Below are positions 1 through 11,312 of a stretch of 64,000 nt of DNA, one piece after another. A program made the position numbers and the translations under genes. The notes beneath the pieces are model-generated. The model saw nothing but the letters and a program-made list of their open reading frames with translations, was not told the DNA's origin and made no database searches. The stretch is from Parasitella parasitica NRRL 2501 (Eukaryota; Fungi; Mucoromycota), in contig MU619237.1 of assembly GCA_025201805.1 (NCBI GenBank), positions 205,276-269,275 of the forward strand. The letters are read 5' to 3'. Each line of letters starts with the position of its first letter. Position 1 is the stretch's first letter.

Positions 1-2099
1 ACAACACGCTCCATGACAGTTGGAGCTTTCCAGATGTTGTCAATCTCATCAAGGAGGAGCTATTGTTGAATCATGAAGACAGCTTTAGTGTACTTGATCG
101 AATTTTGAAAATGGACTTCAAAGGAGCCGCGAAAGCAAACGAATGGATAAATCAGTGGAAATCTCTGATCAAGCAGTACGAAAAGACAAAAGAAACACGA
201 ACCGGAACCAAAAAATCATCATATAATGTTAATGTAAATACAGCCAAGAACATGTTCAACAACTATCAAGGAACACAAACGTGAGTATACTACCTTTTTT
301 TTCCATTCATGCTTGCTAAACAAAATGGCTCTATCACTACAGGATCTGCAGCACTTTTGATGAGACACCTATTGCTTCATCTGGTGCACCCATCTCCACA
401 TCTAGTACGCTTACTACTACTGCATTTGATGATCAGGCCTCTACATCTGACTCGTTAGCTTCTACATCTGACACGGGAGCTACCAAAACTGCGGTTGGAA
501 ACAAGTTTGCTTCTCTGTTTGATGACGAAGATGAAGACGACTCGGCAATGAACAATGAAGACGACTCGGCAGTGAACAATCAAGAGCGATTCAGAAGAGA
601 GCTTTACAAAGCTGTGTATTTACATGTAAGTAATATCAGACTAAGAAACCTTCACGAATTATGATATGCGAACCTAAACATCTCTTTGCTTCTTGTAGTT
701 TAAAGGAGAACAAGATCTTTTCTTGGTAGCAAGGCTCAACAAACTGGCTCAAGGTCTCGTGCCAAGAAACTTATCTGAAGCATTAGATTTGCTTTCGTAC
801 TGCCTTTTGAACAAGAATATGAGTCCCAACGAGAAGAATGCTCTCAAGTAAGTATAGAATGTGCTGTGAGTCAATGCTTAAAATCAGTAGTCTAACACAT
901 ATTGTGCATAGGCTCTCTGCTAGTCATATTCTCTGCTTTTCTGGACCAACTGCAACTGTCTTCGCACGCTACTTTGATAAACAAAGCCCAAATATTAGAA
1001 TACTTTTCGAGCAAGCCAAATCTCATTGTACTCATTTTTCCACTGTCACCGGATTGTCTGAAGAAGTTAAGAATACCATGCAGAATTTGATAGAGGTAAA
1101 TACAAATTCATGGAATTGAATCATCTTTTCTTACTAAAGCAATATTGACAGACAACTACAGAGGAACTACCTTTGAGATTGAAGATCGCCGAGAAGAAGC
1201 TGCAGTTGCTCGAGGGTCGACGTCATAAATCTGAAGAGATGCAGGCCTTGGATGTGATCGAATACCTTGTATTGATAATGAGAAGAAAAGAACAACGACA
1301 CAGCAGTGAGCTAGCATTCTACCGTGTCACTGCTCACATCATGGACATTATCTTAAGCAACAGCTCCTTGAAATTGGTTGAGTAAGTTTGTCGTTGAATA
1401 GCATGCCCACGTTGATAGCATACTAATATGTACAAATCTTTTTAGTGGCGAAAATTGTTCACAAGCAACCAAAAGCGAGCAAAAAGCCAATCAAAAAGCA
1501 TTCTGTGATGATGATGCGAAGAAGTCTACTGGAAGAAAAATTGACTTGATTGTGAGTGATAAAGGATGTGAACTCAGTAGCTCAGAGTGGAAAAAACAAG
1601 CAACTTCCCCCCTTACTATTGAACAGCAACATGTCAAAAATATCAGAACGAATGTATCCATGTTAAAGAAAATGTTAAGTCTGTGTGGTGAGGATGCTCC
1701 ATTGTGTGTAGTTGGAATGGAATGGCTGGGTAAGTTCAAAATGTCATTGTCATCAAGGTTCATACGCCCTAACTGTGCATCACAGGTCTTGTGGGTTGTG
1801 TCTACAGTGTTGAGAAGCTCAATGATGTGTACGTTATGGATGACGCTGGTACCCTTATTGTCCCTGATACCCTCTCAACTCTCTCGCTCATCGTGGATAC
1901 GCTGGACATGTTGTACAAGATCAAACAGCACCACGAAAAACTAGCCACTATCTTGGAACCTGCCATTGAAAGAAGCAAATTGAGCCGTCAATTAAACAAG
2001 TTACGCTCTGCAGCTGAGATGGAAGAGGACGATACCGCCAACCCCATTTTCTTTACCCCCACTACCAAACGTCAGAAGAGTTATATCTCCCACCAGTAA
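1..2099 (+). CDS. Spliced PD-(D/E)xK restriction-endonuclease-fold protein (Crinkler/REase-like, Mucorales-expanded type); 5' end lies just outside the window
   Basis: Exons <1-280, 343-625, 699-847, 911-1095, 1152-1381, 1447-1729 and 1786-2099 join in frame via GT-AG introns. The C-terminal half reads SELAFYR...DGENCSQATK...GRKIDLIV...ELSSSEWKK...QHVKNIRTN...GMEWLG, i.e. an E...D...ExK pattern. Confidence 0.7.
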
Positions 2100-3065
2100 C
2101 CCTCCACCCCCCCCCACTACCTCAGTGCCTTATTTAAATATTACCTTGTATATAATAAAAAGTATTACTGTCTTCAGCTTACATCTCTATCTTTTGAAAG
2201 ATAAATGCTCTTGATGTTTCGTTACCAGCAAGAATAACTCATTTTTAGGCTCTCGTTTCCTTTTTCTAGATACTCATTAACATACATGCAGTGTACACCC
2301 GCACACATATATTCAGGGCATTGAAAGACAAGAAATGATCGACATGAGTTGTGCCAGCGTCGCTGGAGGTGAAGGGTTTGAGTTCACCTTGGAGCTGTTG
2401 AGTCGGTGAGGCAGAGATGCTTTTCTGCTTTGTTGGAATGGCTTTGGACCCTCAAAGGTGCCATTGTGTTCTTTAGATGAGGAAACCATCGATTTGCCAA
2501 ATCTGATGGAAGTCTCAATGAAGTCTCAAGTGAATCACTGCCATAACCCATCATTGCTATTACACTCTAGATTAATCTGGAGCAGCAGTAAAAAAGATTG
2601 CTTTATTAAATACAATTTTCAAGTTCATTGTGATCAAAAGAGCATGGCTTGAGATTGATTTCGATCTGGAGCGCCGGGAAGAACCTTTAAAGACAACCCA
2701 GGACATTGATCCTTGACATCGTCAATGCATCACGACCTAGTATACAAGCCTCGAAAGACTGTAGTTTATGCAAATAAGATTTTCCATACAGCTGTTAAAT
2801 CAACAATAATAAATTATATAAGACGGAAAATACAATCAAATATAAGATGCCTTTATTACAAATTACGTGGGTTAGGTATTTATACCGTGGGTAAAGATAA
2901 GTCACCGTCCTTTTTTACTTTTTGGTGTCAGAAATTAAATTCAAGTTTTGAAATGTTTTTTGATTGAAAAAACTTATTAGTGAAATATCAATATAATCGT
3001 ATAAGATTTGAAGTATACAAAGCTTAACATGTTTATTTTAGTAATATAGCAAAAAAAAATTAAAA

Positions 3066-4164
3066 TTAATATCTGGTATTGCCACCATTAGCCTCAATAA
3101 CAGCCTTGCATCGAGAGCTCATACTGTCGACTAAAGTCTCTAAAAATGATGGAGGTATTGCATACCATTCGTTGCGAATACAAGTCTCCAACTGATCCAC
3201 ATTCTTCAGTTGNNNNNNNNNNNNNNNNNNNNNNNNNNNNNNNNNNNNNNNNNNNNNNNNNNNNNNNNNNNNNNNNNNNNNNNNNNNNNNNNNNNNNNNN
3301 NNNNNNNNNNNNNNNNNNNNNNNNNNNNNNNNNNNNNNNNNNNNNNNNNNNNNNNNNNNNNNNNNNNNNNNNNNNNNNNNNNNNNNNNNNNNNNNNNNNN
3401 NNNNNNNNNNNNNNNNNNNNNNNNNNNNNNNNNNNNNNNNNNNNNNNNNNNNNNNNNNNNNNNNNNNNNNNNNNNNNNNNNNNNNNNNNNNNNNNNNNNN
3501 NNNNNNNNNNNNNNNNNNNNNNNNNNNNNNNNNNNNNNNNNNNNNNNNNNNNNNNNNNNNNNNNNNNNNNNNNNNNNNNNNNNNNNNNNNNNNNNNNNNN
3601 NNNNNNNNNNNNNNNNNNNNNNNNNNNNNNNNNNNNNNNNNNNNNNNNNNNNNNNNNNNNNNNNNNNNNNNNNNNNNNNNNNNNNNNNNNNNNNNNCCAT
3701 TGTTCAGCTGTCCAATTAACCTTTTCTTTGGCCCAAGCAAGTCTTTTTTCGATTTGCTTGGGTTTCAGCATTGGTACAGATGCTGGGGAATATGACCCAA
3801 AGCCGTGTCTGTCAGCATATATCGATAGCGTTTGAGGATGTATATCAATTCCAGCTGCTTTCAATCTTGCGTTATGAGTGACAAAAGAATCAAATGGTTT
3901 CTCTCTAAAGCTGCGCACAACAGTACGCTGATCTCTTTCAGACAACTTAAGAGGTCTTCCGCTACGTTTTTGGATTACTCCACTTCCTGTTTTATTGTAG
4001 CGATTGACACAATCAGTAACGGTCGACTTTGGCAAGCACATTTCACGTGAAATTTGAGTGATCTTTTGTTTGGCTTGATATCTGCCGATAATGAGCCCAC
4101 ATGTATAATCGTCAAGTTGTTTACGAATTGTACGATGGTCGTTGGTAATATCTGTTAAAGTCAT
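3066..4164 (-). CDS. Tc1-family transposase (middle lost in an assembly gap)
   Basis: N-terminal HTH region with RSGRPLKLS and KRLAWAKEKVNWTAEQW; C-terminus LVDSMSSRCKAVIEANGGNTRY is typical of Tc1. The DDE core falls in the N run. Confidence 0.9.
3213..3696. other. Assembly gap (484 N)
   Basis: Run of N. Confidence 1.
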
Positions 4165-5140
4165 AATCAGTTGTATTTATGGAGTAGTGATAAAAGAGCG
4201 TTTGATTGAAGAGTATTCTACTTGTTTTTATTTGAAAAATAAAGGAAATTAAAAAGGACGGTGACTTATCTTTACCCACGGTAGTATTTATCTTTGTGTA
4301 ACTATTGTACAAATGAATATCTAAGTATATTCAAGTAGCGATATAACAACAGCAACACGAGTTTGACACTACTTACCTGGCAGGAATTCTTTAATTATCT
4401 CTTACTTTGATGACCACCATTTGCTCAAGCCGTGCTTCCTTGCTTAAGTTTTTCATTGGGTCTCCTAATTTGAAAATGATGCTGTCAACTGAGGATATCA
4501 CATTCGACCTAAAAGAATAGAATCATTATACAACAGATATGAATTATTTTGTTCACTTAGCTTGCTCTGATACCGGAACAGCACCATTAGCAATACTGTT
4601 TCTCTTGTAATGAACCACAATACACATCTCATCCCTTTGATCCAAAGTACCCTTCCTTCCTTTCTATGCAACATAGAATTCAGGTGACCTTCTCTAGCAA
4701 CGGATGATAACAATCATTCTTCAACGCTACTATAAAGATGCTGCGCATGACAGACCCAGGAGCCCCCAGCTCTTTAAAAATAGCCCGAACTCAAGGAACC
4801 TTCCGCATCTACGTTGAAAGCCTTTTGCAAAGATCAAATGGGATAATGTGGTGTAGTGCCTGCTTGTCAGTTCAAAACGAAGGTAAATAATTTTGAGCCC
4901 CAAAGAAGCATAGAATATGCCTACCAAAATGCTCACTAGTGTGTTGAGGCGACTTAACATTATTGTCGTGGTATTAAATTGATTTGGAATTGTAGTAAAA
5001 AGAAAAAGAAGGGAAAATCTTGGGAATATACATGGAGTGTTATACTCCGACGGATAAAATGTCAAAAAAAAGTGACGTAGACAATAAATGGTGGCGCACA
5101 GATGGGATGAGTATTTGGTTGCCTTTTCACAGCTCAAAAA

Positions 5141-5373
5141 ATGAAAATTCCTCAAAGAGCAATAGCATATCTAAACAACACGCTCCATGACAGTTGGAGC
5201 TTTCCAGATGTTGTCAATCTCATCAAGGAGGAGCTATTGTTGAATCATGAAGACAGCTTTAGTGTACTTTCGAATTTTGAAAATGGACTTCAAAGGAGTC
5301 GCGAAAGCAAACGAATGGATAAATCAGTGGAAATCTCTGATCAAGCAGTACGAAAAGACAAAAGAAACACGAA
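5141..5373 (+). pseudogene. Truncated, frameshifted duplicate of the 5' end of the REase-fold gene
   Basis: 5175-5373 is nearly identical to 1-201, with a 2-bp deletion (GTACTTGATCG to GTACTTTCG) and one substitution; ATG at 5141 gives MKIPQRAIAYLNNTLHDSW. Confidence 0.9.
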
Positions 5374-5984
5374 ATGAAACCAACGAGGATCTTTTTTCGT
5401 TTCATCTATGTATTCAATTGGATGACAGGAGTACTCAATTCAACGTTTACATCATTCCGGAACCAGCGGAATGGTTTCCGTACCGCAAATCATGCATTTA
5501 AAATCAAGAGAAAACAAGTTTGAACCTCGGAAACCAGAGCATCATATAATATTGTTGTGGTAGCTCCACGGAATGGAACAAAATAGATTGTTTTTGAAGC
5601 AGTGCATACAAGTATCCTTGTGTCAATTGTCCCGCTGCTTGCTGTCAACAAAAGCGATCAAATGTTTGCACTACTATCATACAACATCATTAAACGCACA
5701 TTTATGTGCATGACGAGTTGAGTACTATCGTGTATACCATCTGCAGCCTGTTTGTGATATTAATCCCACAAGCATTTAATTCACATAGAATCAATGCAAT
5801 TCATATCATAAGTTTATGAGGTGATGTCTTTTTTTTTTTGGAGAGTCTCCGTCCAGATGGGCATGTGCTACAAAATCAAAACAATCCATTGCTGTTCCCT
5901 CTTCTGAAGAGATTGAGGAAGTCGCTCAGGAGCTCGCAAAGTTGATTTATTCATCATAAAAAAAGAATGAAAATTAGCCTACCG

Positions 5985-6427
5985 AAGCATCTGTCTTCCT
6001 CCTTATTTGTCTGCGCTTAATCCGATCGAGAATTTTTGGTTCACAATAAAGAGTTATGTCAAGAGAACAAAGTTTAACGGTACTGATGATTTGAAAATGA
6101 GAGTAGCTGAGGCATCAAACGAGATAAGGCCATCTACTCTCAGGAACATGAGTCGCCATTCTGTAAGCATATTTGATATATACTTTTGAATGGAGCATCT
6201 CTAATGAACCATATACCAATTGTTTTGGCCTTTGATGTTTATTGAATACGTAATTTGAGATTGCCAAAAGCGCACATTGAGACTACAAAAAGCGCAATTT
6301 GGGGTAGTCAAATGCGTAGATTGGTATATAGTCAAAAGCGCAAATTGAGTTCTATGAAAAGCGCGAATTGAAAAGTTCAAAAGCGCAAGGTGTTTTTTAA
6401 AAGCGCCAATTGGCAATGGAGGCACTG
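5985..6427 (+). mobile_element. Remnant (3' end) of a second IS630/Tc1-type element
   Basis: LPPYLSALNPIENFW..IKSYVKR matches the PPYSPELNPIE catalytic-Glu motif; followed by AAAAGCGC subterminal repeats and a terminus GGAGGCACTG|TA (reverse complement TA|CAGTGCC). Confidence 0.8.
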
Positions 6428-6690
6428 TATAATATAGTATTGACCATTCTTAGACACAAGCAACAATGTTGTAAAGATGTTATTTTCCACCAACGCAACT
6501 GGCAATTAATATCTGTTTATATTTTTTTTTTTTTTGGCTACGATTAAGAAAAAATGAGTCGGTTTATTTCTTTAATCATGAAAATAATACACAGGGAATG
6601 ATATAACTATAAAAAAAAAAAAAAGCAAGAAAGAGTCTAATACAAAAAAAATGAAATAATGTAGAGTAGAGTAATATGTATAATTTTTTT

Positions 6691-8908
6691 TTACGCGCCA
6701 CGACGCTTATTTTTGTGTTTGTTATCCTTATTTCCTCCTTTACTTTTGGATGATTGCGGTGTAAAGGACATTTCCATGCCTCCCATTGCTGTTCGGGACA
6801 TTTTGTGGCCTTGGTTTTTGCCGCGACTCTCTTGGGTTTGTAATCTTGATCCAAACGACTTTTTACTGTCGTTCTTGCCTGTCATTCTGCCGCCCACTGT
6901 TCCCATACGCAGCTCAGGGCCACGCTTTTTGAAGGTGTTGGATCTTGATCCCGATCGAATCGAAGTGGATATTTGCTTTTTGTCACGAACCTCTAGTCCT
7001 CTTTCTTTACGAATCTTGGAAACGATGTCATCTTCGCTATCAGATCCGCCAGCCAAGCGATCGCTGTCATCAGAGTCCATATCCTCGTCGTCATCCATTT
7101 GCATATCTTGCTCGACTTCAGCCTCTGACTCCTCCTCATCGTCTGATCTCGCGTGTCTGTTTTGTTTCTATGGGTAACAATGTCAGCATACACAGTATCT
7201 TCAAGGCTACACTATGCAGAAACTTACAGCAGATGGGTGCAACAACTGGTATTCTTTTGATTTTTCATCGACTTGGAAGTCAGGGTCCTCAAACAAGTCT
7301 GCGAAACGGTTATCGCCCAGCACCTCACCCTTGGCCTTCTTGCTACCAGTTTGTTCAGCCATTAGCTGTTTGGCAAGCGCTTTGTTCACACTAGGCAGTT
7401 GCTTGATAGCGCGGATACGAGAGCCACGCTCCTTTTCAATCTTGTCCTTCACAACACGCTCACGATAATCATCATACGCAAAGGGATTGGCGATAAGTCT
7501 AGCCTTTTCATACAGGCGCAAATCGACAAAGAAACCGTGCATGTATGCCTTGAGAACATTGGTGCCCATGAGATGCTCCAAACCAAGCGTTGCGATTTCT
7601 TTGCGTGTAACAAATTTGTATTCGTCGTATATGTCGCGATTGGGGTTTTCTTCCATTTCTTCGGTGAGATTTTCGAGGAAGGAGGCCCAGCTAGGAGCAG
7701 GCCCCAGCTGAGGAATGAAATACGAACCCATTTGGATACCTTCATTAGCTGTGAAAATCAGACCGCTGTCATCCACAGTGGTAACATCGTTGATATCAGT
7801 TTCGGGCTCGATAGATGTGAAATGTTTGCCGCTGCTACGATCCCAAATCTTAACAATCTTGCAGTCTGCAACAATGACCTTATCCCCACCCGTCTCGGAA
7901 TCACTGGCGCCCGCAGCGCCCTTGTGGAAATGAATTGTCTTGATGGGGAACCCATATTGATGGTCCTTAACGATGGTGGGTACACTAGAGCGCAAATCAT
8001 ACAACAGAGTGTGCCCAGTGGTGGTACCCACACCCATGGTCAAACCGTCATTACGGAATTTGAGTGCTGAAACCTCCAATACTGTTTTATCGTCTCTGCC
8101 ATATGCCGCGGGTACTTCCAAGTTGGATAAAAGGCCAACTCTAGATTTAGATCTAGGGTCCCATAACTCTACTGTGCCCTTTGCTGTGCCCATACCGAAC
8201 AACTGATGTGCTGGATTGATTTCGATGCAGTTGATACCTTCTTCAGAGTCTGTCTGGATAGAGTTCAAGAATCTGCCTTGATCTAAATTGAGTCGGTACA
8301 CTTCAGATCCAGAAGCAGTGACCATAAGATCACAAGAAGGGAAATGGTAAGCAATATCGCGGCCGAACTTGGGAATACGGGTGCGATAATGAATGCCGCC
8401 TTGTGAATGAACTTCGACCGAACGGTCGTTTTGTAAAAGAGCTTGCTTTGTCCAGTCATCAGATAAAATCTACAAGACCTGTCAAACGGGCTGCACTGTT
8501 ATTGTCCTAAACAAAATCAATACTCTACCTCGAAATTAAGAGTCTCTGCATCTGTATGACGCTCAAACTTCATCGACATGTCTGCAAATTCAAAAACTCT
8601 CATCTGAGGTTTGTATGTACCGGTTGCTACGACGTATTTTCCATCGCGAGTTGTCTTTAAGCGGTTGGAAGCTTCAGGAAATTCGAAATCTTGAATAAGT
8701 TCGACTCTCGTACGGAAATCTACATGGAAGAAAAAAGACAATTACTAAGGCATGACCAGGCAACATGCTGATTTGGATGTTTACCGAAATCCTTCTTCAA
8801 GGCCTTTTTCTTTTGACGCACAAGCCAATCAGGAATAGATCTAGAGCCTAGGCCTCCAGAAACCGTATATACTTTGATGTTGTTGGCAGTTGTTACTTGC
8901 AAGACCAT
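6691..8908 (-). CDS. NOL10: Nucleolar protein 10 / Enp2 (WD40 + NUC153, small-subunit processome)
   Basis: Exons 8908-8785, 8719-8529, 8469-7228, 7167-6691; motifs ELIQDFEFPEAS, ATGTYKPQ, LGPAPSWASFLENLTEEME, AYMHGFF, DNRFADLFEDPDFQVD. Confidence 0.95.
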
Positions 8909-8953
8909 CTTGTTTAAATGTGTCTAATATTAAAGTCAAGCAGAAACCTTTTT

Positions 8954-8988
<35 letters not shown>

Positions 8989-9442
8989 GCCACAGGGTAA
9001 AAAGAAATTCAGTCCCTAAAAATTAATGCGAAAACATTTGATTACTATAGTATACGCTTTCGAATTAAAAGAAGCTTACAATTGCTTATATGAATTTCAT
9101 TGACCCATAGCAACGCAATGCTAGCACGTATCGTTTAGAGATACAAGTGCGATACCTTTCAATTCTGATCTGAACATTTCAAATGTACCTGAAATTTTAT
9201 CGCTTTCTAAATGTTGCAATTTTGCTGCAGTAACGAGAGCAACATGCGTATAAACAATGAAATACTTAATGTACCATGTTTGTTTGTACTTTGAGTGATT
9301 TATTCCATGATTGTCAACTGTCTCTTCACTCCTTTCATGGAAAAAACATAGGCCCCACCGTCACAAAAAAACGGGGGTAAAGAAATTTTCCTAGTTGTTG
9401 TTATTCTTGCTTTTCAATTGAAAGATTTCAGGAAGAATAACG

Positions 9443-10315
9443 ATGACCATGTTGATGACGGAAAACAGCTTCACAACTCTTGATTGTGACACCTCAAATA
9501 GAAAAAAGCGTCGTGTAGAGGAGGAAGGTAAAGCAATGGATACTTGCTCAACTGCGCCAGCATCGGCTCTCTTGATCAACCCAGCAACACAGCAATTCAA
9601 CCGACAAAATATGGTTGTACCAGACTTCAATTGCTCTGCTGTTTTTCACAATGAAATCAGACGCATACAGCTATCAAGCTTTTTCTCGAAATACAAAGCA
9701 ATTGTCTTGTTTTTCTACGAATGCGATTTGTAAGTCATTTGCAATTTTCTGATCTAAGCTAAATTTTGACATCACATTTCCTCCTGCAGTAAGCCGACTG
9801 CTTGTAATGATCTCACTTTGATACAGTAAGTCTATTTTGGTAAGATGTAGCCTATTCCGGTTCAATTAAGTATTTCTCTCGCCGCAGGAACAACTTTGAG
9901 CGATTGGAGTCATTAGGCACGATGCCTTTAGCCATGTCAACGGACACGGAGATGGTCCACAAAGCTTTTATCAATCAACCTTCATTTGGGCTTGTGCCTT
10001 CTTTTCCTCTTGGTACGTTAATTTTATGAAAAACTTGAGCTTTTTGTTATTGATATTTTGATACTTATGATATTGTTACAGCATCGGACACCACTCGTTC
10101 AATCTCCCGTCATTTCAACATAATAAATCCCGAGACTGGGCTAGCCCTAAGATCAGCTTTTATTATTGACAATACAAGACAGGTGAGATTCTCATTTGTA
10201 CTAGAAGATGATAGATTATCACATTCTATAGATACCATTTGTGATATAGTAAGTTGCGATCCTTCATACACTAATAAGCCTAGTCTGATGATTTCATTAG
10301 CTCCGAACTATTTAA
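9443..10315 (+). CDS. Divergent AhpC/TSA peroxiredoxin-like protein
   Basis: Exons 9443-9729, 9790-9825, 9888-10012, 10082-10248, 10301-10315; PDFNCSAV..IVLFFYECDF..STDTEMVHKAF..FPLASDTTRSISRHF..GLALRSAFIID aligns with the Prx1 fold. Confidence 0.8.
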
Positions 10316-10526
10316 AATTTTAAATATTCGCACCTTACTATTTAGTTATACGCACATACATAAACGATTTTCAGGCTTATAATTATTGAACTACATCATC
10401 AGCACATATTATGGATCTCACAATTGATCTACCGTCAACATATAAACACACATAATAAGCGGTTTTTTCATCTGAATGTCTTGCGAAATGCAAAACGGTA
10501 TGTTTATTAAGATTTAGCAATTCGTT

Positions 10527-11203
10527 TTAGGCGATATCGCTTGATTCATTAGGCAATCCAATCCTTGGGGGCGCTTCATCTGGAATCTCTGGCCATTCTC
10601 GGATGTAAGGGCTGTCAGCAGGGAAGGAAGACAAATCTGGAATAGTAAAGCTGTCTGTTTGCGAGAAATAGATGTCGTCATTGGAGATTTGAACTTTTGT
10701 AAGGAGGTCAATATTTTCGTCTGAGGGCCTTGGAATGATCTGCGCTGGTGCAGAGGATGGCGGGATTAACGCATAAACAAAGCTTGGCTGAGGGGAGTCT
10801 GAAATCACATAAGTCTTCATGGATTCTACTGCCACTGGTTGGTATATGTAATTGGAGCCTTGCTGGTAAACAGCATAGGATATGCTATCACTGGCACTGC
10901 TTTCAGCATGTCTTACTGGACCTTCAAATGTATCAATGTCTATTTGTTTATACATGCGGGTGAATTTTGGTCCTTTACTACGGGTAATCCCAATTAAAGT
11001 TATAGTTTACCTTTTTCAATTTGTCGTCGCTGAAAACCTGACATTTTCATTGCATTCTTTAGGTATGAAGTAATGCCGGCAATTCTATTAGGCTTGAGAA
11101 TATTACTTTGTTGTTGTTGCTGCTGCTGCTGTATCGGTATGAAAGAACCAGCCAAGGCTGCAGGCGCCAGCAAGGCAGAGATGATGGCTAATGAAATGCG
11201 CAT
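10527..11203 (-). CDS. Small putative secreted protein, unknown function
   Basis: Signal-peptide-like MRISLAIISALLAPAALAG; exon 11203-11011, 71-nt GT-AG intron, exon 10939-10527 in frame. Confidence 0.65.
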
Positions 11204-11312
11204 AACGTTAAAGTGTATAATGTCTGCTCAGAATCGAGAATAAAGAAGCTGTAATTTATAGGAAGGGGAATATTTTTATTATTTACATTCTTTTCAAACC
11301 TTGGTTCACAAA

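Larger units (their letters stand above)
2885..4281 (-). mobile_element. Tc1/mariner DNA transposon, full length
   Basis: Perfect 31-bp TIRs CCGTGGGTAAAGATAAGTCACCGTCCTTTTT (2885-2915 and 4251-4281), flanked by TA at 2883-2884 and 4282-4283; contains a transposase ORF. Confidence 0.95.

Noticed and set aside
6266-6406. Repeat-spacer pattern resembling CRISPR
   Set aside because: Repeats are only 8 bp with 12-16-bp spacers, there are no cas genes, the context is eukaryotic, and it is explained as a transposon subterminal array.
6713-8206. Plus-strand ORFs overlapping NOL10 (and similar antisense ORFs over other genes)
   Set aside because: Shadow frames of well-supported genes on the opposite strand.
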